Part shown: in pieces, positions 23,881-35,295 of the stretch | Numbering within the stretch: position 1 is the stretch's first letter | How the letters are laid out: every line of letters begins with the position of its first letter | NCBI GenBank assembly: GCA_038087875.1 | Contig: JAXLNO010002386.1 | Span: 310,001 to 362,933 of the forward strand | Reading direction: 5' to 3' | Length of the DNA stretch: 52,933 bases | Origin: Malacoraja senta | Lineage: Eukaryota | Notes under the pieces: model-generated | The model's input: the letters and a program-made list of their open reading frames with translations, nothing else | Told to the model about the DNA's origin: nothing | Databases searched by the model: none | Made by a program: the position numbers and the translations under genes

Positions 23881-24084
23881 CTGAGCATTGGCTGACATGT
23901 TTTAATAAATCGGGCTGTTTTTTTTCAAATTTTGTTTCAGAGGTCATGGTACTGATCAAGAATGCCTGATGGGGTCGGGGGCCAAAAAGATTAAGAACCA
24001 CTGCTCTAAAGCTTAAAACTAAAGGGGCTAATAAAGGCCACAAAGTGGCTTTAGTGAGTCGGATTACAGAAAATCCCACATCTT

Positions 24085-24770
24085 TCTCAAGGTTTCATGG
24101 TTAGTTTATTGTCACATATACCAATTAAGGTACATTGAAATGCAGACTACCATACACCATACAAAAAAAAAGCAACAAGACACACAATAACATAAACGTT
24201 AACATAAACATCCACAACAGAGGAGCCCGCACGTTCCTCACTGTGATGGAAGGCAATAAAGTCTAATCTCCTTCCTCTTTATCTCCCGCGGTCGGGGCAG
24301 TCAAACAATCTGCAGTCGGTGGTCGAAACCCCCCGTTGGGGAATCGAAACTCCCACATCGGAGCGGTCGAAACTCCTGCGGCTTGGAGATCCCGGATGTT
24401 GGTCTCGACCGAGGACCGCGGGCTCCGCGATGTTAAAGTCTTGCAGGCTCTCACAGTTGGAGCCCTAAAGTCGATCCCCGACAGGGATTGCGAGCTCCAT
24501 GATGGTAAGTCCACAGGCTCCTGCGATGGAGCTCCCGGTCGATCTCTAGCAAAGGCCGCCATTCCTCAATGTTAGGCCGCATTGTGGACGGAGATACGAT
24601 ACAGAAAATATCGCATCAACGTCGAGGTAAGAGATTAGGAAAAGTTTCCCACAACTCCCCCCCCCCCCACAAACAAGCTAAAGAACACTAAAGAATATAC
24701 ATTTAACACGTACAAAACGGACACAAAGAAGGAAGGGACAGACATACTGTTGGCGAGGCAACCATTGCAG
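24085..24770 (-). mobile_element. Non-autonomous retroelement with GC-rich body and Rex1/L2-type tail
   Basis: - strand ends ...TATGTGACAATAAACT. Shares the CACTGTG.TGGAAGGCAA block with the 21020-21530 element. Confidence 0.6.
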
Positions 24771-24895
24771 CAAAAGGTGGATTGCTTAAGGATATAGAAG
24801 GGAATATGTGCCTGGAGTTTGTGGATATAGGCGAGGTTTGGTTTCACCAAGGAAGACATGTAGAATAGTAAGGACCATTAATAGTAAGTACATCA

Positions 24896-25670
24896 TAAAA
24901 TCCTCCAACATTTTTGCCACCTCCAACGGGATCCCACTACTGGTCACATCTTCCCATCTCCACCCCTTTCTGCTTTCCGCAGAGACCGTTCCCTCCGAAA
25001 CTCCCTAGTCAACTCGTCCCTTCACACCCAAACCACCCGCTCCCTGGATACTTTCCCCTGCAACCGCAGGAGATGCAACACCTGTCCCTTTACGTCCCCC
25101 CTCGACTCCGTCCAAGGACCTAAAGTCTTTCCAGGTGAGGCAGAAGTTCACTTGCACCTCTTCCAACCTCATCTACTGTATCCGCTGTTTCAGTTGTCAA
25201 CTTCTCTACATCAGTGAGACCAAGCGCTGGCTCGGTGATCGTTTTGCTGAACACTTCCGCTCAGTCCGTCTTACCCTACCCGATCTCCCGGTGGCTCAGC
25301 ACTTCAACCCCCCCTCCCATTCCCAATCTGACCTTTCTGTCCTGTCCAGCCCACATTGGAGGAACAGCACCTCATATTTCGCTTGGGTAGTCTATACTCC
25401 AGCGGTATGAACATTGACTTCTATAACTTTCGATAGCCCTTGATTTCTCTCTCCATCCCCTCCCCCTTCCCAATTCTGCCACCAGTCTTACTGTCTCCGC
25501 CGACATTCTATCTTTGTCCCTCCCCTGACATCAGTCTGAAGAAGGGTCTCGACCCAAAACAATGCCCATTCCATCTCTCCAGGGAAGCTGCCTGACCCGC
25601 TGAGTTACGCCAGCATTTTGTGTCTCTCTTCGATTTTAACATTTGCAGCATCTGCAGTTCTTTCTTACAC
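24896..25670 (+). mobile_element. Penelope-like fragment (frameshifted GIY-YIG plus pLTR with decayed hammerhead at about 25535)
   Basis: ORF 25135-25410 NLIYCIRCFSCQLLYISETKRWLGDRF. Homologous to 5368-6411. Confidence 0.88.
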
Positions 25671-25719
25671 ATGGAGAATCAATGTGGAGAATGCTAACAT
25701 GCAGGGACACTTTGAAGTT

Positions 25720-26250
25720 AAGCAAGAAGGAGATGTTGGATCACTTGAAGAGAAATGTGGATAAATCCCCAGGACAGAGGGGTGTAGTGGATGATAATGA
25801 TAATCGTTGAAAACATTAGTGCCGTGCTGGTTTCCGACGGGCACGGTGACGGACGCACCACACATCTCTCCTCCATGCAACTGGCAAGCTCCTATTTTGT
25901 CTCTACACATGCGTCTTCCATCAACGTCTTCACCATCGTCTTGATTGGCCATCCTGGGTCAAGTCTTCCATGGGTGGGTTCCCACAGCACAACCTTGTTT
26001 GCTGGCATTTCTGGGTGGCGGAGCCAGTGACCTGCGAGCCTCATCCTTCTCAACGTGATCTTCTCGGTCAGAGGTGGATTCTCCCCATAGAGCTGGGCGT
26101 TGGTGATGTGGTCCCTCCATCTGACATTTTGAACTTTTCCGAGCATTCGGGTGTAGGTACCATCGAGAGACTAGGACAGTGCTGGAGTGAGAGTCCATGC
26201 ATCACACCCATACAATAATATGGTCTCTACAGTTGTACGGAAGGCCAAAT
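25720..26250 (-). mobile_element. RTE-clade LINE 3' fragment
   Basis: LLYGCDAWTL...RML...W.DHITN..LY...RRMRLAGH..R...W.P..G, the RTE C-terminal pattern. Confidence 0.75.
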
Positions 26251-26404
26251 ATTCAGGCTGTAGTTCAGTGACAAGTAGAGTTCTGCAGGGATCTGTGCTG
26301 TGACCCTTGCTACTTGTGACATATATAAATGACTTGGACCCTGGTGTTCAGAAATTAACCAGTCATAACAATTAATCAAATAATGATTTTTATTTTTATT
26401 TCAG

Positions 26405-26680
26405 ATTATCACTACGTTCAAGGACAGTTTGGTTGTGAGGTGAACGATCACAGTCCCACTGTAGGGATATTGAAGTTGGCTTTTGATGGAAGATATGCAT
26501 TTAGTTTTGATAAGGACAAGCTAAAGTGGACGGTGCATGATCCAATAGCTGAGCCCTTCAAAGAGAAATGGGACAAGAATGAAAAAATGAACCGTTATTT
26601 CAAGAGCTTGTTAGAACATGACTGTGTGGATCTATGGCTTACATACTATGCAATTGGAAAGACATACCTGACCAGAAAAG
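26405..26680 (+). CDS. MHC class I-like alpha chain, alpha2-domain exon (276 bp, phase 1/1)
   Basis: Acceptor ttttatttcAG and donor GTGAGT at 26681. HYVQGQFGC(101)...AFDG...WT...KW...C(164)...Y171...GK..L.R is the class I alpha2 pattern, with the canonical 276-bp exon size. Confidence 0.96.
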
Positions 26681-27321
26681 GTGAGTTCAGAACAAAGGAT
26701 GTTGTTTTGTGATGGTAGGCAATGAGTAATATTATCTCTGACCCAATCATGACAGAGGGAAAGGTCATTCGGCCCATTGATTCTATGCTAGTTTTCTATG
26801 CAATGTCGACAAACTGTTCCACAGCTCTCTCTCACAACTTGCACTCAGCTCCCTCGGATTCTCCTTGCATTCAGCTCCACGACGGATAATTTGCAATGTC
26901 CAACTAACTCACCGGCATGTTTTTGGTATATTGGACAAAACTGGAGCACATGGAGGAAGCCAACTGAGTCATAAGGTCATAAGTAATGACTGCAGCATTA
27001 GAACATTCGGCCCATCAAGTCGACTTCGCCCGTCAATCATGGCTGATCTATCTCTCCCTCCTAACCCCATTCTCCTGCCTTCTCCCCATAACCCCTGACG
27101 TGCATACTAATCAAGAATTAAAAGTATCCATTGACGGACTCCACAGCCTTCTGTGGCAAATAATTCCACAGAATCACCACCCTCTGACAAAATAAATTCC
27201 TCCTCATCTCTTTCCTAAAGGAATGTCCTTTAATATTGAGACTATGACCTCTCGTCGTAGACTCTCCCACCATTGGAGACATCCTCTCCACATCCACATC
27301 TATCCAAGCCTTTCACTATTT

Positions 27322-29657
27322 GTTTGTTTAAAAAAATATATTGTTATTAGAAGCATGTGCATATCATAATACAAACATTTCTTATATATCAATCCTACTT
27401 TGCTAATAGGTGGGAGTCCAGCTATCAAAATAATAGTGGTCCTCATTTATCAATTGTATATTAAATCTGCTTCTATTTATTTTTTTATTTTTTTATAGAT
27501 AGAAAGTGAGAAATTTGAAAAAAGGCATGATAAAGAAGAATGGAATAATTTGCCAATAATACAACTTTGGAGATAGGTCCGTAGGTTATAAAGCATAACT
27601 ATTCATCTAATCCTGAGCTTGGATTTCAGTCAGATTCCCATGCTGAACCAATTTACCCTTTCAAAAAACCAATAAATGGAGACCATATTCTATTAAATAA
27701 TTCATGTTTGTCAATTAAGACAAGTCTAGTTCTTTCCAAATGTAAGGTCTCTGATATTTCCATAATCCACATTTTAATTGTGGGGGTTATAGGACCTTTC
27801 CAAAATGTTAATATTAATTTTTCCCAATTATTATACTATAATCAAGAACGTTTCTTTGGTTTATTATAAGGCTTAGGCTTTGTTCTGATATTCCTAATAT
27901 TATTAGTTTTGAGTCGGGATCCAGAAGGGGAGGGGCCATCTTGGGGAACGGCTGCTAGGTCAGCAGCTGTCCGTTTAATTCACTTTTTTTTTGTAGTTCT
28001 AGTGAGTCCTGTTTGTGGGAGAAATAGACTTTTTAATGTAGGGGGAAGGGGGTAACTATATTTCTAGGTCCCTACCTGGTCGGTGAGGCAGCTTTTTCTC
28101 CGGGCTGCCCCGTCGACCCGTCCTCGTGGCCTACCAGCGGGCGTGGAGCGCCGTTTTCCTGGAGGGGACCGCCCAGCACCTCGGCTTCGGTGGCGGCATA
28201 GCGCTGGAGCGGGCGATGCCTTGCCTGGGTCGCCACGCTGGATCGACGCGCTGGAGCTCTGGTGAGCTGTGACTGCCGAGGTCAACACCTCCAGGCTGCG
28301 GGTCTGCGGAGCGGAGCGGGCGGTGCCGCCATCAACATCGGGAGTCTGGGAGATCCAAACCGGCGCGGCCTTGTCGGCTTCGGAAGCCACGGACTTCGGT
28401 AGGGAAGCGGCTGTTCCAGGTGGCCCAGCCGCTGAGAGGACTCTCCCGACGCCGGGGCAACAGCACCCGGCGATAACGGCCTGGAACATCGGGCCTCCAT
28501 AGAGGCAATAGCTGAGGCCTCAATAGGCCTGACTTTGGGAGAACTGGGGATGGGGACTGGACATTGTGCCTTCCCCCACAGTGGTAACCATCCAGTGGGG
28601 GGGATGATTTCTGTGTGTTAGTGATTATTTTAGTCTGTGTCCAAGATGGCTGCTGGAAGGGAGAGTGTACGCTGGCGCGGTTTAGCTGCCGCTGCTCTCT
28701 CGTCACATTGTGTTTCTGATTTTTTTGTTTTTGGATCGAATTCTGTCTTTAATTTGTCTATTGGTGATGTCTTTACTATTTATTTTACTCCGATTATATG
28801 TTTTTTTACTTGTTAAATACTGTAAGGTGTCCTTGAGACTCTTGAAAGGCGACCATAAATAAAATTTATAATTATTATTATTATTATTATTGACTACTTC
28901 ATAAATTATTCTGAAAATGTCCTTCCAGAAATTTTTGATTTTTATACAATTTACAAAGGTATGAGTTAAGTTAACCTCTAAATGCTGGCATTTATCACAA
29001 ATAGGAGAGATATGTGGGAAGATTCTATTTAATTTTGTTTAGGAATAATGTCATCTATGTAATACTTTAAATTGTATTAAGGCATGTCTGGCATTTAACG
29101 AGCATTGATGTATATATTGTAGACTTTAGTCCCAAATATCTTTCGTTATGGGTTGGCCTAATTCATTTTCCCATATAAATCCGTCAGTGGGACCTCACTA
29201 TTTAAGAGGGTATTATAAATATGAGATATTAATTTTTCTGTATTAGGATGTTTATTCAAACATTCATCAAGGATTTCTGGTTCCCTAGTTCTGTAATCTT
29301 GTGTATTTGATTTAATGTAATCTTTAAGTTGTAAATATCTGAAAAAGTTATTTGAGTGTGGTCCGTAAATCTGTTGTAACTCCTGAAATGAAAGAAAAGT
29401 GCATTTCCTAGAAAGATGTCCCATCTTTTTAATTCCATAATTTTTCCATTGTGTAAAGCCTTTATCCAACATGGAAGGTTTGAATAAAGGGTTGTTTATA
29501 ATGGGGAGACAGAGTGATAAATTATCCAATTTTAAAGTCTTTTTTAATTGTTTCCAAATTCGTATACCACTATATATTATAGAATTTTCACTATAGGTTT
29601 TTTAATGCAATTTTGTGGGAGCAAATATAATTGAACCAATATCAAAAGGCAAACAGT
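27322..29657 (-). mobile_element. L1/Tx1 3' fragment inserted in a CR1 fragment, itself carrying a GC-rich L2-tailed element (about 28050-28890, +)
   Basis: 12-bp TSD CTTTCACTATTT at 27310-21 and 29658-69. ORF 29158-29529 is L1 ORF2-like (NNFFRYLQLKDYI). Tail TGTAAGGTGTCCTTGAG..TTGAAAGGCG..ATAAATAAA(ATT)n at about 28820-28890. Confidence 0.8.
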
Positions 29658-32600
29658 CTTTCACTATTTTGTATGATTCAATTGATGTCTTTCATATTAG
29701 TTAACCATGGATTTTCTTGACCACAGTTGACAGCCCCTAATGGGATTGCATGTCTATCACACATCTCAAAAGAGCACAGCGTTAAGCTTCGAAGGGCAAA
29801 ATTTACACGAGATGTGCAGGTCAAGTGTTTTTTTGCACAGAGACAGCTTGATACCTAGAATGCGCTACCAGGAGTGGTGGTAGAGGAGGACATGATAATG
29901 GTGCTTAAGAAAGTTTTGGACAGGCTCGTGGGTATGCAGGGAATACAAGGATATTGATCACATGCAGGCAGTGGAGATTAGTTTTGGTTTAGTTTAGAGA
30001 TAGAGTATGGAAACAGCACCTTTGGGCCACTGAGTCTGCACTGACCAGCAATTGCCCATTCACTATTTCTGTCCTACAAGCTAGGGACAATTTACAGAAG
30101 CCAATTAACCTGCATGTCTTTTGTATTTGGGAGGAAACCGGAGCCCCCAGAGAAAACCCACAGGGTGACAGAGAGAACGTACAAACTCCGTCCAGACAGC
30201 ACTCTAGTCAGGATCGAACCCGGGTCTCTAATGCTGTAAGACAGCCACTCTATCACTGTGCCTCTGTGTTGCCTTAGTTTAACTTGGTATCCTGTTCCAC
30301 ATGGACATTGCAGGCTGAAAGTCCTGTTCTTGTACTGTTCTATGTTCTATATATTCTCATTGGACAGGGCAGGGATATGTTTTCCACTCCTCCAGCCTCC
30401 ATGTTGAATACTTACTCCCAGTTTAAATCTGATTCAATTAGTCAATCCATTTCTCCCTCCCCTCCTGCCCTGCTCCCCATTCTATATCTTGAAGTAGTCA
30501 TTCCGTTTTCAATTCAATTCAATTTATTTGTCTTTTGGACAAATTTGTCATTTGGACCCCTTGAGGTCCAAACGAAATGTCGTTTCTGCAGCCATACAAT
30601 ACAAAACGAAGAAGACCCGAGACACAACACAATTTACACATACATCCATCACAGCGCTGTGATGGAAGGCAAAAAAACGTATCTATTTCGCTCCCTGGTC
30701 TGTCTACTATCCCCACAACTTTCCTCTACTTTCCTGTCTTGGTGCAAGCAACATCTATCCATTTACCACTTTCCATAGACCCAGGCAGTTCTTCAAAGTG
30801 AAACAGCGTGAAACACTTGGACTTCCAGTCAAATCTACTGCATTTAGTTTTCATGACGTAATCTTCCACATTGCATCAATGAAACAAATAGAATGGCTGC
30901 TTTCTGGAGAACCTGCATTCAATCCATGGGACTTTCTAAGATTCCTAATTCCTGCCACTCTAATTCTCCATTCAACACCCACCATGATCCATCCATCTGT
31001 TTCTCTTACACTAGGCTAACAAGGGTGAAAGTGTCCATGAGGACCAACAACTCAGCTTCTGTCTGGACATGTTGCAGCCTTTCAAACTCAATTACACATT
31101 CAACAAGTTGCATTCCCTGTCGATAAAAGAACTGGTCCTTTCAACTGTTAAATTGAAGACAGAAAGAACAGATGCAAGAAGTATGAAGCAGGATCCCAAG
31201 CTGAAAGATTACATAACCATGTCTTCCAGATGCTGCCTGAACCACTGAGTTACACCTGCACGTTTTTGTGTGTTTTTTAATTACAGTAAAGTTATCCACC
31301 AGCAAAATCATGACAGCCTGACCTACTTGAGTACTGCAGTATGTGCTGCATTTTATGTAACTCTGTTTAGTTTCATGCATGCAGAGATGCAGTGAAATGG
31401 TTTGGATGGAACAGCAGATGCTGGACACCCCGTCCCTTCTCTCCAGAGATGCTGCCTGTCCCGCTGAGTTACTCCAGCTTTTTGTGTCTATCTGCAGTGA
31501 AATGGTTGTTCTGCATTCTCCCCAGTCAAGTCATACTGTACATAAGTACAATTCGTCCTCTTCTGGAACAGCACGCAGAGATCCACCACATTCCAGTACT
31601 ATCTTGCAGATTTCAAGTCTCTGAGAAGTCTGATTTTGCCCTAAGGAAATACCCAATTTCTAATTTTCTCATGTTAAGGCTCAGTGTCATAACAGCACTG
31701 GATTGATGAAGTTGAGGCGCCTGCCTCAGTTTAAGTTTTTCTGTTTCAAGATTGTGACCGAACCCTCGTCACTGGAACTGTGCCGCAGTGCCACCCATTA
31801 CGTATCAGTCCCAATTATCTTTCAACATGCTGGAATCACTTGTTTTTTTTATCCTTTTTAGACTTTTTTCATGAATTGTTCAGCATAAACAGTTATGCTA
31901 CAACAAAGTTAAGCGTTGCTACCACTTAGTTCCAGAGACGTAACAACACAAGAGATAGTGTTGGAAGAATGATCAAACTCACACATAGTGGTTATTAGTA
32001 ACTTTGCAGAGGAAACACAAGGTGCTTTCTTCTCAGCATGCTTACTACCAGTCTACCAGAGAGAGAGCTGTCTAATAAGCCTGTGGGCGGAGCCACAGTA
32101 TGAGTGACACTAATCTACAGATAGGCACAGGGATAAGTTTCGGATTATTATTGTCACGTTTAGTTTCGAGGTACAGCATTGAAATAGGCCTTTTGGCCCA
32201 CTGAACCTGTGCTGACTAACGACCACCCAAATATTAGTTCTATCCTACACACTAGGGACAATTTACAGAAGCCAAAAAACTTACAAACCTGCACGTCTTT
32301 GAATGTGACGGAACTGTAGCACCCGGAGATAACTCACATGGTCACAGAGAGAATATATGAACTCTATATAGACAGCACCCATTGTCAGGATTGAACTTTG
32401 GTCTGTGGTACTGTAAGGCAGCAACTTTCCAGGTAGTTGCATGCTATCCAATTGGATGAGATAACAACATACATATATATGATCAAGTCAACTCAAGTAC
32501 TGAAGGTAGAGCAAAGGGGAAGGTACAGAGTGTGGCATATAGTTCTCAGCAATGTAGTACACCAGTTCCATTAGATAAGGGTTTCGACACAAAACGTGAC

Positions 32601-33219
32601 ACATTCCTTCTCTCCAGAGATGCTGCCTGACCCGTTGAGTTACTCTAGCATTTTGTGTCTATCTGCGGTTTAAACCAGCATCTACAGTTCCTTCCTGTAT
32701 AGTTCCATAAACAAAGTCCACTGTCTGTAATGGGGTAGTGGTCAATTGGACAGTACCCTAGCTTATGGAACGATCATTCAGAAGCCTGATTTTCTCCTCA
32801 GTTATCAAGTTTCCGAGTAAGCCATTTGGTCCTCTAACCTGCCCACCATTCAATATGACCATGGCTGACGTTCCTCAGGCATCAACTCCTGTTCGGTGCC
32901 AGTTCCTCATTGCACTCAATTCTCAAATCTTTCAAAAGTTTAACTACCGCCACATTAAATACTTCCAATGATTTTGTCTTCACAAATCTCTGGCGCCAGA
33001 GAATGACCACACTCTGCAAAAAGAGATTTTGTAAACAAATGACTGGTCTCTTTTATCTCTTATTGAAGAGGAGTGAAAATACTGCCAATTTTAAGCTTGT
33101 CCCTCCCCAATTGGCCCTCATTTCGTAACTTGTCAATTATTTATTATTGTCAATAATGTGCCCTAGTGAAAAGATTTGCCGTTGGTATTAGTTTATTATT
33201 GTCACGTGAACTGAGATAT

Positions 33220-33507
33220 TGTAGCGGCACCAAACGTGGTGAATAAAGGTGAGACGTCAGGCCGGTTCAAAGAGTCGTTTATTCAGTGCTGACACGTTAG
33301 GTTGGTGCCGACTATCATAACAGTGTTGCTGTAGCTGAGCGAGGTTGTTCCCTCGGGCTCAGCTACGGGTTGAACTCCTCAAGGTCTCGAGGTGAGATGA
33401 CCTTAAGTACCAGGACACTCCCTCTAGCCCATGACGTCACGTGCCCGCCCTCGTACTTCCTAACGAGGGTTCGAGCATAAGTGGCCCGTGTATAGGCTGC
33501 CGCCACA
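33220..33507 (-). mobile_element. Solo LTR, 288 bp (Gypsy-like)
   Basis: TG...CA ends with inverted termini TGTAGCGGC/GCCGCCACA and a 4-bp TSD ATAT (33216-19, 33508-11). TACTTAAG then AATAAA on the - strand. Confidence 0.82.
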
Positions 33508-33992
33508 ATATAGTCAAAAGTTTGTGTGTTATCCAATCAGATCATACTACACATGTGCAATCAAGCCATCCACAAGTAGAACAGCGCAAAGAGAAAACTA
33601 CTCAGAGTGCAGAATATCGGGTTACAATATCATAGCATTACAGTTACAGAGAAAGTGCAGATCAAAAAGAGTTGCAAGGTTCACAATGAGATTGGTTGGA
33701 AGATCAGGACAACATCTTATCTTACATGAGAATCATTCAGTAGTCCAATAACAGTGGGGAAGAAACTGCTCCTGAATTTAATGGTACGTACTTTCAAACT
33801 TTGTTGTGTACTGTCTTAACATGGAGCGTACGATCCCTTTTAAACCACGTGGTTGGTTGATGGGACGAAAGAGGCAAAATGGGGCAGATGTGGACAGTAA
33901 CTTGGTTGTTGTAGTAGACTGAAGTATATTTTGTGGTGGGTGACTGTGCACGTTTTACTGAAGATGAAAATAACCATCTTACTGTCTTGTAG

Positions 33993-34259
33993 TTTCCCCT
34001 GAGGTCACTCTCGCTGCCCGCCCTGATGACCATTCAGTCCTGTACTGCACTGTGTTTGGATTTTACCCACCGGCCATCAATGTCAGCTGGTTGCAGAATG
34101 GTCAACATGTCTCTGAGACCAAATCTTCTGGGGTCATACCCAACAACGATGGAACATATCATCTAAAGTCTGTCCTTGAGTATGATCCGTATGATGGGAA
34201 ACAGTATTCCTGTCATGTCGATCACAGCAGCCTGCCCGGTGGGAAGACCATCATCTGGG
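33993..34259 (+). CDS. MHC class I-like alpha chain, alpha3 Ig C1-set exon (267 bp, phase 1/1)
   Basis: Acceptor ctgtcttgtAG and donor GTAAGA at 34260. SPEVTL...LYCTVFGFYPPAINVSW...PNNDGTY...YSCHVDHSSL is a C1-set motif with both cysteines. Confidence 0.95.
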
Positions 34260-34544
34260 GTAAGAACATTAAATATTCTTTCATAGATAATCATTATCTT
34301 CTGTTGTTTCCATTTTAATCATTGTGACTACATCCCATATTCCAAGATGCTTAAACTTTCTTTGTTTAGTGGTGTTGCTCTAATCAATCACGTAATCAGC
34401 ACCCACTCTCCACATGAGCAGAAGACTTTGTCAACAGAAAATTTATCAAAAGTAAATAAATAACTAATATACAAGGAAGGAGTATTTGAGATTCTCAGTT
34501 GTGGAACTGAAATCCATGAAAGGTATGTTTAAATAAAAAATGAA

Positions 34545-35295
34545 TCTTTCCTCATGATGTGATTAACAGCAAGGCACTGGGGGAGTACATGCCCCAATCC
34601 GAATCAATGGTCCGAAGCGGAAATGATTGAGAGCTTCATGTTCCTTGGCATGAATTTATCCGATATTCGGTCATGGACTGGCCACATAGCCAAGGAGGCA
34701 CACCGACACCTCTACTTCCTCCGGAGACTGAGAATATTCATCATGTCTCTGGTGACTCTAGCAAACATCTATAGATGCTGCTAGAGAAAACATGTTGTTG
34801 GGTTGCATCACATCTTGATTTGGGAACTGCACTGCCCAAGACTGCAAGAACATACAAAGAGTTAAAGATCATCACACAGCCCAGACTTCCCACTATTGAT
34901 TCAGTCTACACCAGGTTGCCTTGGAAAACGAGACTTATCCCACCCCGGTCATTCCTCCTTCCTGCTCCCATCAGGCAATAGGTACAGAAAGTTGAAAGTA
35001 TACACTGCCAGACTCAGGAACACCCCCTTTCCATCTGTTAACAGGCTTCGGAAGGGTCCTTCCATAATGTAGGTTCAATGCCCGATTCACCTCAACCTCA
35101 TTGCACATTGTCTATGGAACTGATGCGTTACAATGCTGAGAACGATATTCTGTACTCTGTATCCTCCTCTTTGCTCTATCTGTTGTTTTTGAGTTTGTAT
35201 TTATGTATAGTCTTATAATTTGTTTGGATAGCATACAAAACAAACCTTTGCTCTGTATTTTGAAACATCTGGCATTAATAAAACAAAACCTAATG
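34545..35295 (+). mobile_element. Decayed Rex1-type LINE 3' fragment
   Basis: Degenerate homology to 3050-3955 (FMFLG..., CTCTACTTCCTCCGGAGACTGAG). Confidence 0.6.

Larger units (their letters stand above)
19599..24003 (+). mobile_element. hAT-Charlie (Buster-type) DNA transposon with nested insertions, inserted in the tail of an HE1 SINE
   Basis: TIRs CAGTGGTTCTTAACCT and AGATTAAGAACCACTG (15/16 match). 8-bp TSD CTCCAAAG (19591-98) / CTCTAAAG (24004-11). Confidence 0.92.

Noticed and set aside
12179-34259. Assignment to class II, W-category, classical UAA or a named nonclassical lineage
   Set aside because: Three ectodomain exons in one gene indicate class I architecture. Loss of T143 and Y159 argues against classical class I. 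A lineage name needs phylogeny, so no gene symbol is given.
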